Positions 25,001-36,707 of a DNA stretch of 64,000 bases are shown here, piece after piece. The translations under genes and the position numbers were made by a program. The notes under the pieces were generated by a model. The model searched no databases. It saw only the letters and a list, made by a program, of their open reading frames with translations, and had not been told where the DNA came from. This stretch comes from Podarcis muralis (taxonomy: Eukaryota), in the NCBI RefSeq assembly GCF_964188315.1, contig NC_135669.1, positions 16,244,001 through 16,308,000 on the forward strand, given 5' to 3'. Within the stretch, counting starts at the first letter, position 1, and every line of letters starts with the position of its first letter.

Positions 25001-25592
25001 TGATACTTTCAGCCTACGACAACGACTTCTGGGCATTTGTTTGGCTTTCCCCCGTTCAGCGCACTTCGAGGGTCTGGGCAGCTGCTCTCTTGACAACAAC
25101 CCCGCAAGGTAGCTCAGTCTCGTGGTCCACCATCCCTACAGGAGTCGGGAGGGCCGAGCCCCGTCGCCTCACTCCGCCACTTGGCGGAGTCGCGTCTCCG
25201 GGTAGAAAATTCCTTTAGCCGGGCTGGCCGTGCACCTCTTCCCCGGGCAGCAGGCAAAGGGGCACGAGGCTTCTGGCCCCGATTCGCTCCCGGTTGGAAT
25301 CCACGAAGGGAGCCCTCGCCGCACCCCAATGTCTCTCTTGACTCCGTACCGCCGACAGGCAGGCAGCCAGCCAGCTGGACCCCGAGTCGACTTGCTCCGG
25401 AGGAGACCGGGCTGCGCTCCTCGCTGTTTGGCACCAGGCCCGGGCGGCTGTTCTCGGCCACAGGACCAGAGCCAAGCCCGAGATCCAGCACAGCGCTAGG
25501 GAAGGGAAGGGCCCCGCTCCCGCCTCCGCCCCTCACTCACCCCACAGAAGCAGGAGGACCCCACCGCCAGGCTTCTTCCGCGAGAGCCCCAT
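19079..25592 (-). CDS. MPZL3: Myelin protein zero-like 3; 6 coding exons: 25541-25592, 24142-24308, 22908-23118, 21364-21529, 20545-20599, 19079-19105 (678 nt, 225 aa)
   Basis: In-frame GT-AG exons. IgV domain: SLEIQADSDVQAFVGEAVILKCWFKSS...LTIDWTYRP|IFHYQS...DNGTFTCAVKNPPDVQHNIP. TM: LLSILVFLPSAIVVALLLVRMG. Tail: YKKSSIEVSE...CLRCL|DSDDEDPY*. Matches MPZL3 motifs and synteny. Confidence 0.95.
19900..20021. mobile_element. hAT (MER5-like) MITE
   Basis: TIRs cagggtttcccaa / ttgggaagccctg and TSD ccctaaac / ccctaaat. Confidence 0.75.
20843..20990 (-). mobile_element. CR1 3' end
   Basis: cacagaattgtggagttggaagggacc...catctagttcaaccctctgcaatgcaggaatc...aacctctgtttaaaaacctcc. Confidence 0.65.
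22006..22211. mobile_element. Tc1/mariner-type MITE, family B
   Basis: TA-flanked TIRs CAGTGGACCCT / AGGGTCCACTG. Confidence 0.75.
23140..23445 (+). mobile_element. L1 3' fragment
   Basis: ORF2 C-terminus LLAQRWKKDKVPTREEWQAKL..AEMAKLT followed by an A-rich tail. Confidence 0.75.
23445..23660 (-). mobile_element. L2 3' fragment
   Basis: Similar to the L2 tails at 45030-45150 and 40500-40620 (aaagcttccctaaagagggctgccttc...gaaggccctctgcctgg). Confidence 0.6.
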
Positions 25593-25980
25593 TTTCCTCG
25601 CCACTTCCTCGGACGACACCTGTCCGCCCAGGTGAGGCCGGAAAGGGAGGGGAGAGGCTCAAAATGGCCGCCCAGAGACACTCCCTGCCCAGCAGCCGGC
25701 ACTCTGCACGTGCTCAGAGGCGCCGAAAAGACGCCAGTCGCGACTGAGTCATCCAAGCGCTCTGCGGCGTCACCGGTTCCACAAGCGGGATACGGAGCAG
25801 TGATACTGCCGCCCTCGCCAGGCCACCTCTCTCTCTAGGGCGCTGCCGGCCCGCGTTGCCTCCCTCTCCCGATACCTCGCCGCGGGAAGAGGGGCCTCCC
25901 GGCTGGCCGGCTTCCCCACGAGAAGCCCGGGGAAAAAACAGGCTGAAAGTTCGCTTGACTTCCAAAGGTCTACGGTTTTT
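25593..25980 (-). promoter_or_regulatory. CpG-rich promoter region of MPZL3
   Basis: High CpG density immediately upstream of the ATG at 25592, with ETS-like GGAAGT motifs just 5' of the start codon. Confidence 0.5.
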
Positions 25981-26699
25981 ATTGTGAAATACAACTTATT
26001 TACATACAATTGCGTAACCAGACTCTTACGGACAACTAAACTTCAGGGCAAAGGACAAACCGGCGCCCCCAAGGTGCCCCCTCCCCCGACCCCTTTCCAT
26101 ATCCAGAAGCAGACCGGGCCCGCTTGGCAGTTGACTCGGGGGCCCAGGACGACCCCCTGCTGGCTGGCGGGGGAAGGGCAGGTCCTCTAGCAGAGGAGGA
26201 AGGGGCTCTACAGATGTGACCTCGCTCGCCCCCTCCCCAAATAGTGGGGCAAGCAGAGGCTGAACTGGCCTGGTTTGGAGCGCTGAAAGGCAGTTTCTGA
26301 GCAATAAATATACAGCGCAGAGAAAGGCTGGCTGATGCTTCCTGAAAAGCCTCCAGTCCTGAAAGCTGTTGAATTGCAAATGGCGCTGGGTGCAAGTTCT
26401 GCGGGAGGAGGGGTTTGTCGCAGCGTTTGGACAAGTCCGTTTGCATCTCCAGATACCACAGCGGCTGAAGAAATCCAGGAGGAGGAGGAGGAAGAGAATC
26501 CTGTCTTGCACATGGGGAGCAGTGTGCGCAGGGAAAGGAATGGTGATGGCTCACTGTGAAGAAACAGAAACCCAGACGCCCCACCCATCGTCAGCTTCTT
26601 TCTCCCTAGGCTCAAAATGTTCACCAACCCTACAGATATTGGAGCTACTGTGGATACTGAACTGCTGGTTATAGGATGATTGGAGCACTGTGGACTGTG

Positions 26700-26830
26700 A
26701 CTCTGAGCAACACCTCAGCTGGCAGAGCAGGAGAATCTCAGGGTTGTGGGTTTGAGCCCCACCTTGGTCAAAAAGATTCCTGCATTGCAAGGGGTTGCAC
26801 TGATGGTCCTTTTCAACTCTATCTTTCTAT
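26700..26830 (+). mobile_element. Degenerate tRNA-derived SINE with CR1-type tail
   Basis: ctcagggttgtgggtttgagccccacc..gattcctgcattgcaagggg; homologous to 4822-4958. Confidence 0.6.
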
Positions 26831-26898
26831 TCTCCATTTAACAGCAAATTTAGCTGTGTAGGGGTAGGGAGGGCTCCTATGGGTACAAATAATAATTT

Positions 26899-27361
26899 TT
26901 TATTATTATCCTTTAAGCCTCAGGAGTCTAGCCAGGCTGAGCTCCCCAGAAACTTAGAAAGTTGGACTGTATTTGTGCAAGAGTGCCATAGTCCTAGTTG
27001 AGAAAGAGGCTGTGCGTTGGAGTCTTTGCCTTTTCTGAAAGTTGTACATGGAGGGTCCCCCTTTCAGTAGTTTGCTTGGAATAATTCCTCACAGATATGC
27101 ACCAGGCCAGGGCTGGGGACCCCCCCATGACCCCCACACACACTATAGCATCACTAGGAACTGCCAGACTCTGCTATAGGCCAAGCCTTAAAGTCTTTCC
27201 ACCAAGAGCTGCAGCCTCAGAGGGCCTTTGAAGATAACAGCAGTGATGATGCACTTCTCTAAGGCAAGGGAATCAGGGACAGCTGTCTTGTGGCATCCGC
27301 CACCTCTGATCCAGAACTCTGAAGAACCAGCCTCCAGCTCCTATGGGGGTGGGCAGTAGAC
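26899..27361 (-). other. MPZL2: Probable non-coding last exon (3' UTR) of MPZL2; may extend to the AATAAA at 25978-25983
   Basis: A donor CCG|GTAGGT lies 8 nt after the stop codon (28347/28346), a pyrimidine-rich acceptor ctgtctgttcttctcacag| is at 27362/27361, and minus-strand AATAAA hexamers are near 26899-26904 and at 25978-25983. Confidence 0.55.
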
Positions 27362-27576
27362 CTGTGAGAAGAACAGACAGGTAGACAGGTTACTCTTAGG
27401 CTTCGCCCCTGAGCCTGAGGGCAATACTGGAAAGGGTGGTGGGTTCAACCTAGGCCAGCAAGGGCAACACTGCAGGAGTGTGCCAACAAGTTGCATAAAA
27501 AGGTTTCAATTCCTCTAGCTGCAAGGTATGTGACAATGTTCTCAGCTCCCTTCAATTTTATTTTATTCATTTAAAG

Positions 27577-27822
27577 TACAGTGGTACCTCGGGTTACATA
27601 CGCTTCAGGTTACTGATGCTTCAGGTTACAGACTCCGCTAACCCAGAAATAGTACCTTGGGTTAAGAACTTTGCTTCAGGGTGAGAACAGAAATCGTGCT
27701 CCGGCGGCGCGGCAGCAGCAGGAGGCCCCATTAGCTAAAGTGGTGCTTCAGGTTAAGAACAGTTTCAGGTTAAGAACGGACCTCCAGAACAAATTAAGTA
27801 CTTAACCCGAGGTACCACTGTA
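27577..27822. mobile_element. Tc1/mariner-type MITE, family A
   Basis: TA TSD and perfect TIR CAGTGGTACCTCGGGTTA; same internal sequence as the other copies. Confidence 0.88.
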
Positions 27823-28029
27823 TTTAGATCTTGCCATTCAGCCCAAAAATAAATGTTACCAGAATTGTTTTCAATAATCAGTAATAAAATAGTCCCTACC
27901 CTCAGGTTTAGAATAAAAATGGCACAACACTAAAGGAAAAGGGGAGTGGAGAAAGAAGGAAAAAGCCAAACTCAAGCACTAGATCTTATTTGAAAGCTCC
28001 TATAAGTGATCTTTCTTGCAGGGAGAGGG

Positions 28030-28215
28030 GAACATAGGAAGCTGCCTTATAGAGAGTCAGAGCATTGGGCCCATCTATGTCAATACTGGCTAGTTGCAGC
28101 TCTCCAGGTGTTCAGACAAGGGGTCTTTTTCGAGTCCCACCAGGAAATAGTGCTAGGGATTGAAGTGGGACCTTCTGCTTGCAAAACAGGTGCTCTGCTA
28201 TTGAGCTGTGGCCTT
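28030..28215 (-). mobile_element. tRNA(Ala/Cys)-like SINE with CR1 tail; related copies at about 5065-5240 (-) and 17386-17520 (+)
   Basis: Minus-strand head ggccacagctcaatagcagagcacctgttttgcaagcagaaggtccc; tail ends in cttcctatgttc. Confidence 0.55.
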
Positions 28216-28354
28216 TTCCCCAAACATTTGGAACGGCTAGATGGAGATGCCTTCCTCTGGGCTTCCGCTGACCCACCTTGGACTCTACCACCCACCTGGT
28301 GACAGAAATGCCTTCTGGAGAAAGGGGCAAGGCCAAAGGTACCTACCGGGCACA

Positions 28355-29753
28355 TTAGGCTCCCTCTTCCAGCAGGTGCTTCTCCGTCTCTTTCAAATTC
28401 TCCTTCTCTGGCCTGTTATCAAATGCAACAAAGACAGTAGTTAGGAAGCCAGCCAAGTTCTCTGGCCTCGGGGTCAGGGAGGAAAAAAGAGGCTGTTGTG
28501 TAAAATGAAAGGCAGGAGTCCCTCCTGGATTTGGGACGCAGTGAGCAGCAGCAGGAGGTCCAACCCCAACCTAGAAGCTAGTGAAGCTCAGCTGTCCTGG
28601 GTCCTGCCAAAGTCACTGTCCTGATCCACTCGGTGCAGCGCTCACTGTGTAGGTCACAAGTCTGTGCTAGTAACACAGCAAATGTGCCCCACTTGCAGGC
28701 AGCTGTGGAGCAACGCAGTTCAGTTTCTGGCCCAACTTTTCCTCCACTTCGACACAAAGCCATCAAAATGTTTTGCAATGAATTTCCTTCACCTTGTGTA
28801 CGTAGCAGAAGAACGAGATAGCAGAATGGTCTGCACCAAACTGAAAACTGTAAGCTGCAGGGTGTGGGTCCCAACTTTGAATGGCCCTACAATGAAAACT
28901 GCTTGCGATGGGAAACTAGCACAGCTGTTAGTAGAGTGGAGTAGAACTTTTCTCCCCAAGTGGGCTAAACTTCCATTGGAAAGGAGGTTTTATTTATCTG
29001 TTACAAAACATATTTATACAGCTTTTCATCCTTTTGGGACTTGGGTGGTATGCAATCAATTTCAACCACAAAGCAATAAACACAGTTCATAAAACTAATT
29101 TACATCAAACACTTTTGCCTGGGGCTGAAAAGCGTTCACTGTTGGCACTAGGCGAACCTATCTTGGGAGTATGTTCCCCAGCTGGGAAGCCACCACTTTC
29201 ATTGTTGAGTACCAGATAAAGGAGACACCTGAGTGAAGGTTTTGGCTGAAGACCTCAAGACACAGGCAGACCAATCCCCCATCAGGAGTTTGGATCCTAA
29301 GATGTTTAGGAGGATTTTAAAAATGCAGTCTGTTTAGAAGTGATAAATATCAGTTGGATGCTTCCATGGTTCCCACCTCAGGCCCACGTCATTCTGCCAC
29401 ATGTGTAGAGACTCGGCCTTTTTCATTTTAACTTCTCTGGTTCACCAGAGCCTGTCAACAACCCGGCCCATTGGCACTCGCCTGTGACCCATTAAAGCTT
29501 CATGGGATCCAGGCAAGTGAATTCTGGCACTCCTGGTTCCTTGTTGCAGCCATTACATACTGATCCCAGCCCCAAACCATCCCTTGCTCTGTCTCTCAAG
29601 GCTGTGTGGTCATTGTCTTCATCTTTTTTTGAAGAGAGTGATTTACCTGTATTAGTGAACAGTTGGTGTCCATTTTCTGTGACGGCCAAGAGACCAGTTG
29701 TGGTTCCCACAAGGCCAGGCAAATTGCCTCTAGCCAGCTTCCTCACACACACA

Positions 29754-29790
<37 letters not shown>

Positions 29791-32700
29791 ACAGTTCTGT
29801 CTCCTCCACCTCTGACTCCGTATCTCCATGCCTTCTCTTCCGGTAGCGGCAGATGACAACCACGACGACGATGACAATCATCAGAAAACAAACAGCGCCA
29901 ATGATGAACGCTAGGATGTGGATCTCTGAGAAAGTCACTGTGCAGGGATGAAAGGCATGTTGGGTGTGCAAGAGGGATATAGTGGCCCCTGTACCCCAGC
30001 AGCACTGGCGACTGAGCAGACCCTCTCCCCCCCCCCAGCAAACCCACCTGCACCTTCCCCCCGAAGTCACAAACCTTTCGTCACCACTCGTAGCTGGATC
30101 TCGCCAGTCGGACCGTCCACATCAGGCGGGTTCCTCACATGGCACTGGAAGGTCCCGTTGTCACTGGGCTTGGTGTCCCAAAGGATAATGGAGCCGTCGT
30201 TCTTGTGGATGTTGCCATCCCATGTGACTCTGCCTTTGAAGCGGCCTGATGTCGGCGGAAAAGGCTCCTCACTGTAGTAGAAAACCTAGGAAGTTGCAAG
30301 GAGAAGCCCAGCTATCATGCCTGCCACTGCTGGTATTAAATGACAGCCACTTTTCAGTGACCTCGGTCCTCTGTGGATAGGACCTCCCACTTCTGCAGGA
30401 GATTTTGAAACTGAAAATGGCCTGGAGGAGGAGCAGGAGGGTGAGCTCCAAATGAATATACTCCCTGGGAATGGGTGAGATTGACTAGTCAGGCCTGGCC
30501 CAGCCGTGCAGCAGGGTGAAGCAACTTCCTTCAGGCAGCACCAAGAGTAGGAAAGGATTTGTGTCTGAGTGGGACAGCAAGACTTTTCAAAGTGCGGGTC
30601 CTAGCTAGGGAGGGTGAACACCTTTTTAGCTCTCTGCCTTAGGCAGCAAAATTGCCTTGGACCAGCCCTGCCCAACAGTGGTGAACTGCTCTTGATTAAG
30701 CCAATCTCCAAAGAGGAATCTGAACCATCTTCCCATCAGGGACTGGTTTTTGTTGCATGGATGTCAGCTGCAGCTATTCAGAGCAGAGACATTATAATAC
30801 AAGCTGTTTTCAGGATCTGTAAACATTTGATCAGCAAGAGCCACTTACAAGTCCCGCTTTATTGGGCATGATTGGTCTCTGGAGCCTCATAGTTATGGTA
30901 CAAGATGACACCCACTCCCCTTTGCTCCACGAGGGTGCAGGGTGCTTATTCAGAACATATTGGACATGGGTATAGGCAGGTGGTGAAAGGATTGCAGAAA
31001 CCGGGCTGCAAAACTCCCAACTTCACAGCTGCTCAGGATCCTCTAGAGGCCAAGCACTAAACTGGGGCCACAACCCTGGGGAAGAGCCCAGGTCACCTTC
31101 CACAAAAAGGCTGCAGAGATGAACTTACAAACTCAGATCTCCCGGGTTCCTCAGGCTGGAAGTGCCAGGACACTGTCAACTTTGACCCGACTGCAGAATA
31201 GCTGCGGAAGGTGCATTTCAAGCGCACTTCTGTCCCGTTTAGGACCTCCAGGGACTTAGGGGTATAAATGTCCACAGCTGACACAGGCCAGAGCACTGGA
31301 GGGGAAAGAAGCATAGAAAATGAGCTCCTACAGGGGGGAGGCACGCGCGCGCACACACATACACACACGAGAGTGTCAGCATTCCAGTTTAGCACCAATA
31401 ATCCCCCAGAGCCAAGAGAGAGGGTTGGTGATCCCCTGGCTAAACCTTCTTTGGGATGACTTTCAGGCAGCCTGGGGTGGCACTTTGCCCTTTTGGTGGG
31501 TTTGGGCCTGGCTGGAAGGGGAGGGCTTCTCAACTGCCCTGAAAGATGGCATGATGGCTGGACTCAGTGCCCTGCCTGGCTTCAGCTCCTGAAGAAGATG
31601 GGCTCCTGCTACACACTATAAGCATGGGGGGGGGGGGACTTTGGTCTCTCCTACCTGCAACTGTCAGGCAGAAAAGGCTACCCCAAAATAAAATGAGTTT
31701 CTTCTTCCAGTGTAGCACCTACTCTTTGGAAACCCCTCCTTTACATAACAGACAGGCAGCATATTCACTGACTTTTTGGTGCCTAGGGAATAAGTTCCTT
31801 TTCCAAAAAGCCTTTTAAATGGATATTTTCATCCCCGTTTTTATGGGTACTAGGTTGAGATTGTATCTTCATGGTTGTTATTTTTATTGTTAAGTCACAT
31901 GGGGATGTTATAGGGAAAGCAATTCATAAATTAAGTAAATAAAACTGAGCAGTCGCTTTGGAGACTGGCTGCTCTAGAGTAAAGGATTCCCATGCCTAAA
32001 ATCTCCCAACCTGGCTTGTGTTAGTCCCTGGGCTGCTAGCTGCCCATCTCTTTCTCCTGCTCACCCTGAGAAGCTCCTTAATTTCAGTCTTCAGGGAAAG
32101 GGTCTCTGCACTTACCCAGATGCCAAAGGTTGCAGCCTCTGTTTGGATGCTAAGGCACTCTGTATCTGCTTAGGGCACAGGTGAAAGGACACCTGGGAAT
32201 CACCGCTCCCTTCCCATTGACCATGATGCAACAAAGGCAGGGTATCGATGCACAAAATAAAACAGTAAAATAAATAAAGCAGCTGTCTTTTAGAAGTTGG
32301 GCAAAGCCAGTACTCATGGGTGGAAGGTGGCAAGGTCCCCAAAGAGGTCTCTCTGCCCTTGGGCAGCAGCTGGACCACCTGATCCATAAATCCCTAGGCT
32401 GCCACCACCACCCTCGTCAGGTTGGAGGAAAAGCCAAGAGCTGCCTCTGCAGAAGAAGGAAGAAACTTCTGCCAGGACCTTGGCTCTGCTTCTCCTCTAA
32501 GTGATTCATGGTAAAGTAACTCCTTATGATAGAGATGTTTGATTCCTACATCCGGCTTACAAAACACGTGAGTTGATTCTGTGTCCACAGCGAATGAACT
32601 CTGTCGCCGTGTGATGCAACGGGTAGAGCGCTGGGCTTGGGCATGCTAGGACACAGGCATTGCCAGGCTGGTCTTGCATAAAACGCGGCTGCCTTCTGGC

Positions 32701-33528
32701 CTCGGTTTCCGGCATGGAAAAGGGGAATGGCGCGGAAAGCGAAACAGTGAAAAAACAAAACCTGCCAAGTGTCTCTTCTTAAAAGTGCTGCATTAAGGAA
32801 AGGTGTGAAGGTCTGTTTTCACAAGGGAGGGAAGGAGGGTCTCCAGAGAAGCCAAGCCCTTGCGGGAGAGGAAACTGATCCTGCATTCCCGCATTGGCCT
32901 CCCTTTATCTCTCAGCGGAGCAGAGCACAAACATTCCTTCTTTTTGGCAGAGCCCTCCAGAGGGAGGGGAAGGTTGGCAGAGAGGAAAAAATACACGCAG
33001 AATAAACAGGAGCTCAGGACAATATTTTCACCACAGCCCCTGTTCAATCACACCAGGGTAAACCGTCCACAATCAGATGGCGTTTGACAGCTGGAGAAAA
33101 GCAGAGTTGATGCCACATTGCGCAGGTACAGGCAGGCAATAGCAGCGCAGCTGGCCTGAACAGAATGAGACCACTACTGGCCATCCCCTTCGGGCACTGA
33201 GCCCTCTGCTGGGCACCCTCACATGGTCATTCCCATAGGAGGCCAAGGAAATGACAGTGGAGGGGAGTCTTTCTCTGTGCCTGGAAGACACCTCAAACCT
33301 GTTTGTCCAAGAGTGCCTATGAGCTCCCCACTGTCCACACAGCCCAGAAAGTGGCTGGCTTGCCGGCCTGCCTGCCTGCCAGCTTGCTTTGGAGCTCTTG
33401 CCCCTAAGAGCAGAGCCCAGGGCAGGGATTGACAAGCAAAGGGAGAAAAGAGCAGGGCTGTAGTCCTTACCTAGCAGCAGGAAGCCCACCCAGCTGGGGC
33501 CAGGCAGCCCCTGGGAACGGGGTGCCAT
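28355..33528 (-). CDS. MPZL2: Myelin protein zero-like 2 (EVA1); coding exons 33471-33528, 31129-31295, 30075-30285, 29793-29937, 28355-28412 (639 nt, 212 aa)
   Basis: Translation includes [38 protein letters not shown]...[11 protein letters not shown]...[17 protein letters not shown] and [29 protein letters not shown], with GT-AG junctions in frame. Exon 1 ([19 protein letters not shown], 58 nt, strong GTAAG donor) is slightly less certain than the rest. Confidence 0.93.
29745..29788. repeat. (CA)n microsatellite abutting the MPZL2 exon 4 donor
   Basis: Direct reading; one interruption. Confidence 0.95.
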
Positions 33529-34099
33529 GTCCACACTCCACAGGCAGTGCCAGCCGCTGGGACGGTGGAGAGGAGGCGGACTGCTGCAGCAGAGTACAGC
33601 CACTCCTCTCAGGTGCCCTTCTGGCTCGGGACTAAACAAGGTGGAGCCAAGAGGGCTCTCTGCTTCTCCTCCTCCCCTCCCCTCTCCCTCCCACAGGCCA
33701 AACCAGGAAGCCTCTCCCAGTCTTGCTGCTGCTACAGCTGAGGCTGCCTCCACCCTGACTTCCCTGGGGCAGGCAGTAGTTTCCAGGGAGGAACTGGGGC
33801 TGTAGCTTGACTGCACGTAGCACTCCTCAATGTGTAGGGCTGATTGTGATTCATCAGGGGAGGCCCTCCCCACATGCTCAGGAGCTCTCTCTTTCTGCTA
33901 ACTTCAATTCTTCCATAGCTGAGCAGGGGGTGCTTAGCTCCAGCGAAGAGAGGGGGAGAAGAGATTGCCATTCTCCATTTTGGCATCTACCTGATGATCA
34001 GACCAGGAGCACCTCGTTAAGTCATGGCAGAAGCAAGAGGCGAATGCTGGTGCTCTGTGTCAACGGCTTTGCAAAGTTCTCCACCCTGTTTGTGGTCAG

Positions 34100-34960
34100 A
34101 GGAACTGGGAGAACATAAGAGCCCAGCTGTGGGATCAAGGCAGCAGCCCATCCAGTCCAGCGTCCTGTTCTCACAGTGGCCAACCAGATGCCCATTATGG
34201 GAAGCCCACAAGCAGGACTTGAGTGCAGCAGCGCTTTCTTCTCCTGTGTTTTCCAGCAACTGGTATTCAGAGGCATGATGCCTCTTAGCAGAGGATATAC
34301 AAACTACCCATCCTGGCTAGTAGCCACTGGTAGCTTTATCCTCCATGAATTTATCTACTCCTCTTTTAAAGCCAGGGACCCAGTTGGTGCTGTGGGTTAA
34401 ACCACAGAGCCTAGGACTTGCCAATCAGAAGATTGACGGTTCGAATCCCCGCGATGGGGTGAGCTCCCGTTGCTCGGTCCCTGCTCCTGCCAACCTAGCA
34501 GTTTGAAAGCACGTCAAAGTGCAAGTAGATAAATAGGTACCGCTCCGGCGGGAAGGTAAACGGCGTTTCCGTGTGCTGCTCTGGTTCACCAGAAGCGGCT
34601 TAGTCACGCTGGCCACATGACCCAGAAGCTGTATGCCGGCTCCCTCGGCCAATAAAGCGAGATGAGCGCCGCAACCCCAGACCTAATGGTCAGGGGTCCC
34701 TTTACCTTTACCTTTTACCTTTTAAAGCTACCCAGATTGGTAGCCATCACTGCCTGCTGTGGGAGAGGATTCCATCGTTTAACTATGCCCTGCATGAAGA
34801 AATCCTTTATTTTTTCTGTCCTGAAGTTCTAATGTTATGAGATGGAGGGGGAGGGAATCTCTGACCACTTTCTCCATGCCACCCATAATTTCAACACATC
34901 TATGATGTTTCCTCTTACTCAGAGGAGTTACCATTTCCCTGAATTTCTTCAGAGAGAGAT
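34100..34960 (-). mobile_element. Old CR1 3' fragment interrupted by a Sauria SINE
   Basis: gaacataagag...ccatccagtccagc and tcttttaaagc..tggtagccatcact motifs of CR1 3' ends. Confidence 0.55.
34375..34718 (+). mobile_element. Sauria SINE, near full length, with target-site duplication
   Basis: Typical head GGGACCCAGTTGGTGCTGTGG and body, (ACCTTT)n tail, 12-bp TSD cttttaaagcca / cttttaaagcta; inserted in a CR1 fragment. Confidence 0.9.
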
Positions 34961-36402
34961 GGCAGTGAAAGTTGCAGCATTCGGGACTTTTTAGTTTAAT
35001 GTGCCCCAGATCAAACCTTGTTCCAGGGCACAGGGATGGGGGGAAATATGTGGAGAACATTCTGAAAAGTGGCTTCCTTTTTCCCCCTAAGGGTGTGAAA
35101 ATAGATACTGGGCACTCAGTCAGAAGAAAAATGTCTTCTGAGGAATTTCAGCTCAGCCCTAGTGAATACCTTCCAACCTTAATGCTGCTGGGATAAGAAT
35201 TTAAAATGATTTATTGCAAGTGATCAGTAAGAATAAGGCTTTCAAGGAGCTCCAGGCAGATCTCAAAATGAAAGGCAGAGGCAGGGAGATCATTGCTGGC
35301 GGGGTGGGCAGAGACAACAAGGAAGCCTTCACAATGACAAACTCTAAAGCCTAAGAAGCATGCATGTGTTTATGGGGGGGTGGGGGGGTTACAGGGTCAT
35401 TTCACACATGCTCAGAGGCTCTCTCTTCCATTGATGAGCCGAGCCCTGCCTTGCAAGCAGGTTCTGGAGTAGGCACCTGTTGATGTCTTATGCACCTTAG
35501 GCCAGGTCCAAATAACAGGCGACATGACCATCAGCACAGGGGCGGCTGAAGCAGCATGCAGCAGGGTTGTTTAGGGCAAAGCCCCCCACATCTGGCCTGG
35601 AAGCCCTTCCCCACCCCCAGCAATGCTTCCCTGCCAGTCCGGCTGTTGTGTCTTCCAAGAGTGCAACAGAGAACTCTTGAGAATGGACCGTGGTACAGCG
35701 AGGCCTCCTTCTCTGGGGCTGTGGGAAGGGCATACAGCTGGGGTCAGGTCTCAACATGTAGCAACAGCAGCAAGGATTGCTGAACAGGTTCCTACTCTGG
35801 TGATGAGAGGATGGGAGGGAGCTCGGCTGGCTCCACAAAGGCACTTTGTGCTTTCTGGCCTGGCCGAAAGCTGATCTGACAGAAAAGGATGGATTGCATT
35901 TGAGCTGATTTTCCCTTTGTCTGGCCTGAGAAGTAACCATCAGAATGGGGCAGTCAGCTCAGAGAACCACAGCAGCTACTTCTCAGGGCTTCTGAGTCTC
36001 CAGTGCTCTGCACTCCCTTCTAAACATTCTCTAAATATCCTCTAAATATGACCATGCAGTGTGTGCAGCAAGACTACTTGGGAACAAAATATCTTCCATT
36101 CATGTTATATTGATGTCACTTGGCTGCTGGGAGAGCTTTCCCCAGGGAGATCTTATTAACCCTCCCCCCAGATAACTTAATATCCTCTCTGCCTCTGCCC
36201 TCCTCCCCAGGTTGTCCTCTCTTGTCCTGCGGATCCTTTACAACAGAGAAGAATGCACACATCCCAAATGAGCTGGATTCAAAGGCAAGAGGAAGCCACT
36301 GACAGGGGCATCAGAATAATTCTGCACCAGATGCAGCAGGCAAAACAGAACCCACAAAGTACGGCATCCTATTCTCACAGCTGCCAACCAGATGCCCCAA
36401 AG

Positions 36403-36655
36403 CATGGGTAGGCAAACTAAGGCCCAGGGGCCGGATCCAGCCCAATCACCTTCTAAATCCGGCTTGCAGACGGTCAGGGAATCAAGAGTGTTTTTACATG
36501 AGTAGAATGTGTCCTTTTATTTAAAATGCATCTCTGGGTTATTTGTGGGGCATAGGAATTCGTTCATTCCCCCCCCCCCGAAATATAGTCAGCCCCCCCC
36601 CACAAGGTCTGAGGGACAGTGGACCGGCCCCTGCTGAAAAAGTTTGCTGCCCCTG
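36403..36655. mobile_element. hAT-Charlie-type MITE
   Basis: TIRs catgggtaggcaaact / agtttgctgcccctg and TSD ccccaaag / ccccaagg. Confidence 0.75.
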
Positions 36656-36707
36656 CCCCAAGGGAAGAGGCCCACAAGGAGAAACTGAGCGCCACAGCCA
36701 CACTCTC

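Noticed and set aside
24880-25370. CpG-rich segment with a perfect 9-bp-stem hairpin (25171-25190) as a structured ncRNA
   Set aside because: It looks more like an L1-type 5' UTR fragment adjoining the MPZL3 CpG island. A single short hairpin is not sufficient evidence.
26335-26559. ORF with a poly-Glu run
   Set aside because: A short GGA repeat antisense to the probable MPZL2 3' UTR; no splice or domain support.
33073-33873. 266-aa minus-strand ORF
   Set aside because: Only 33471-33528 (MPZL2 exon 1) is meaningful; the rest is promoter and intron read-through.
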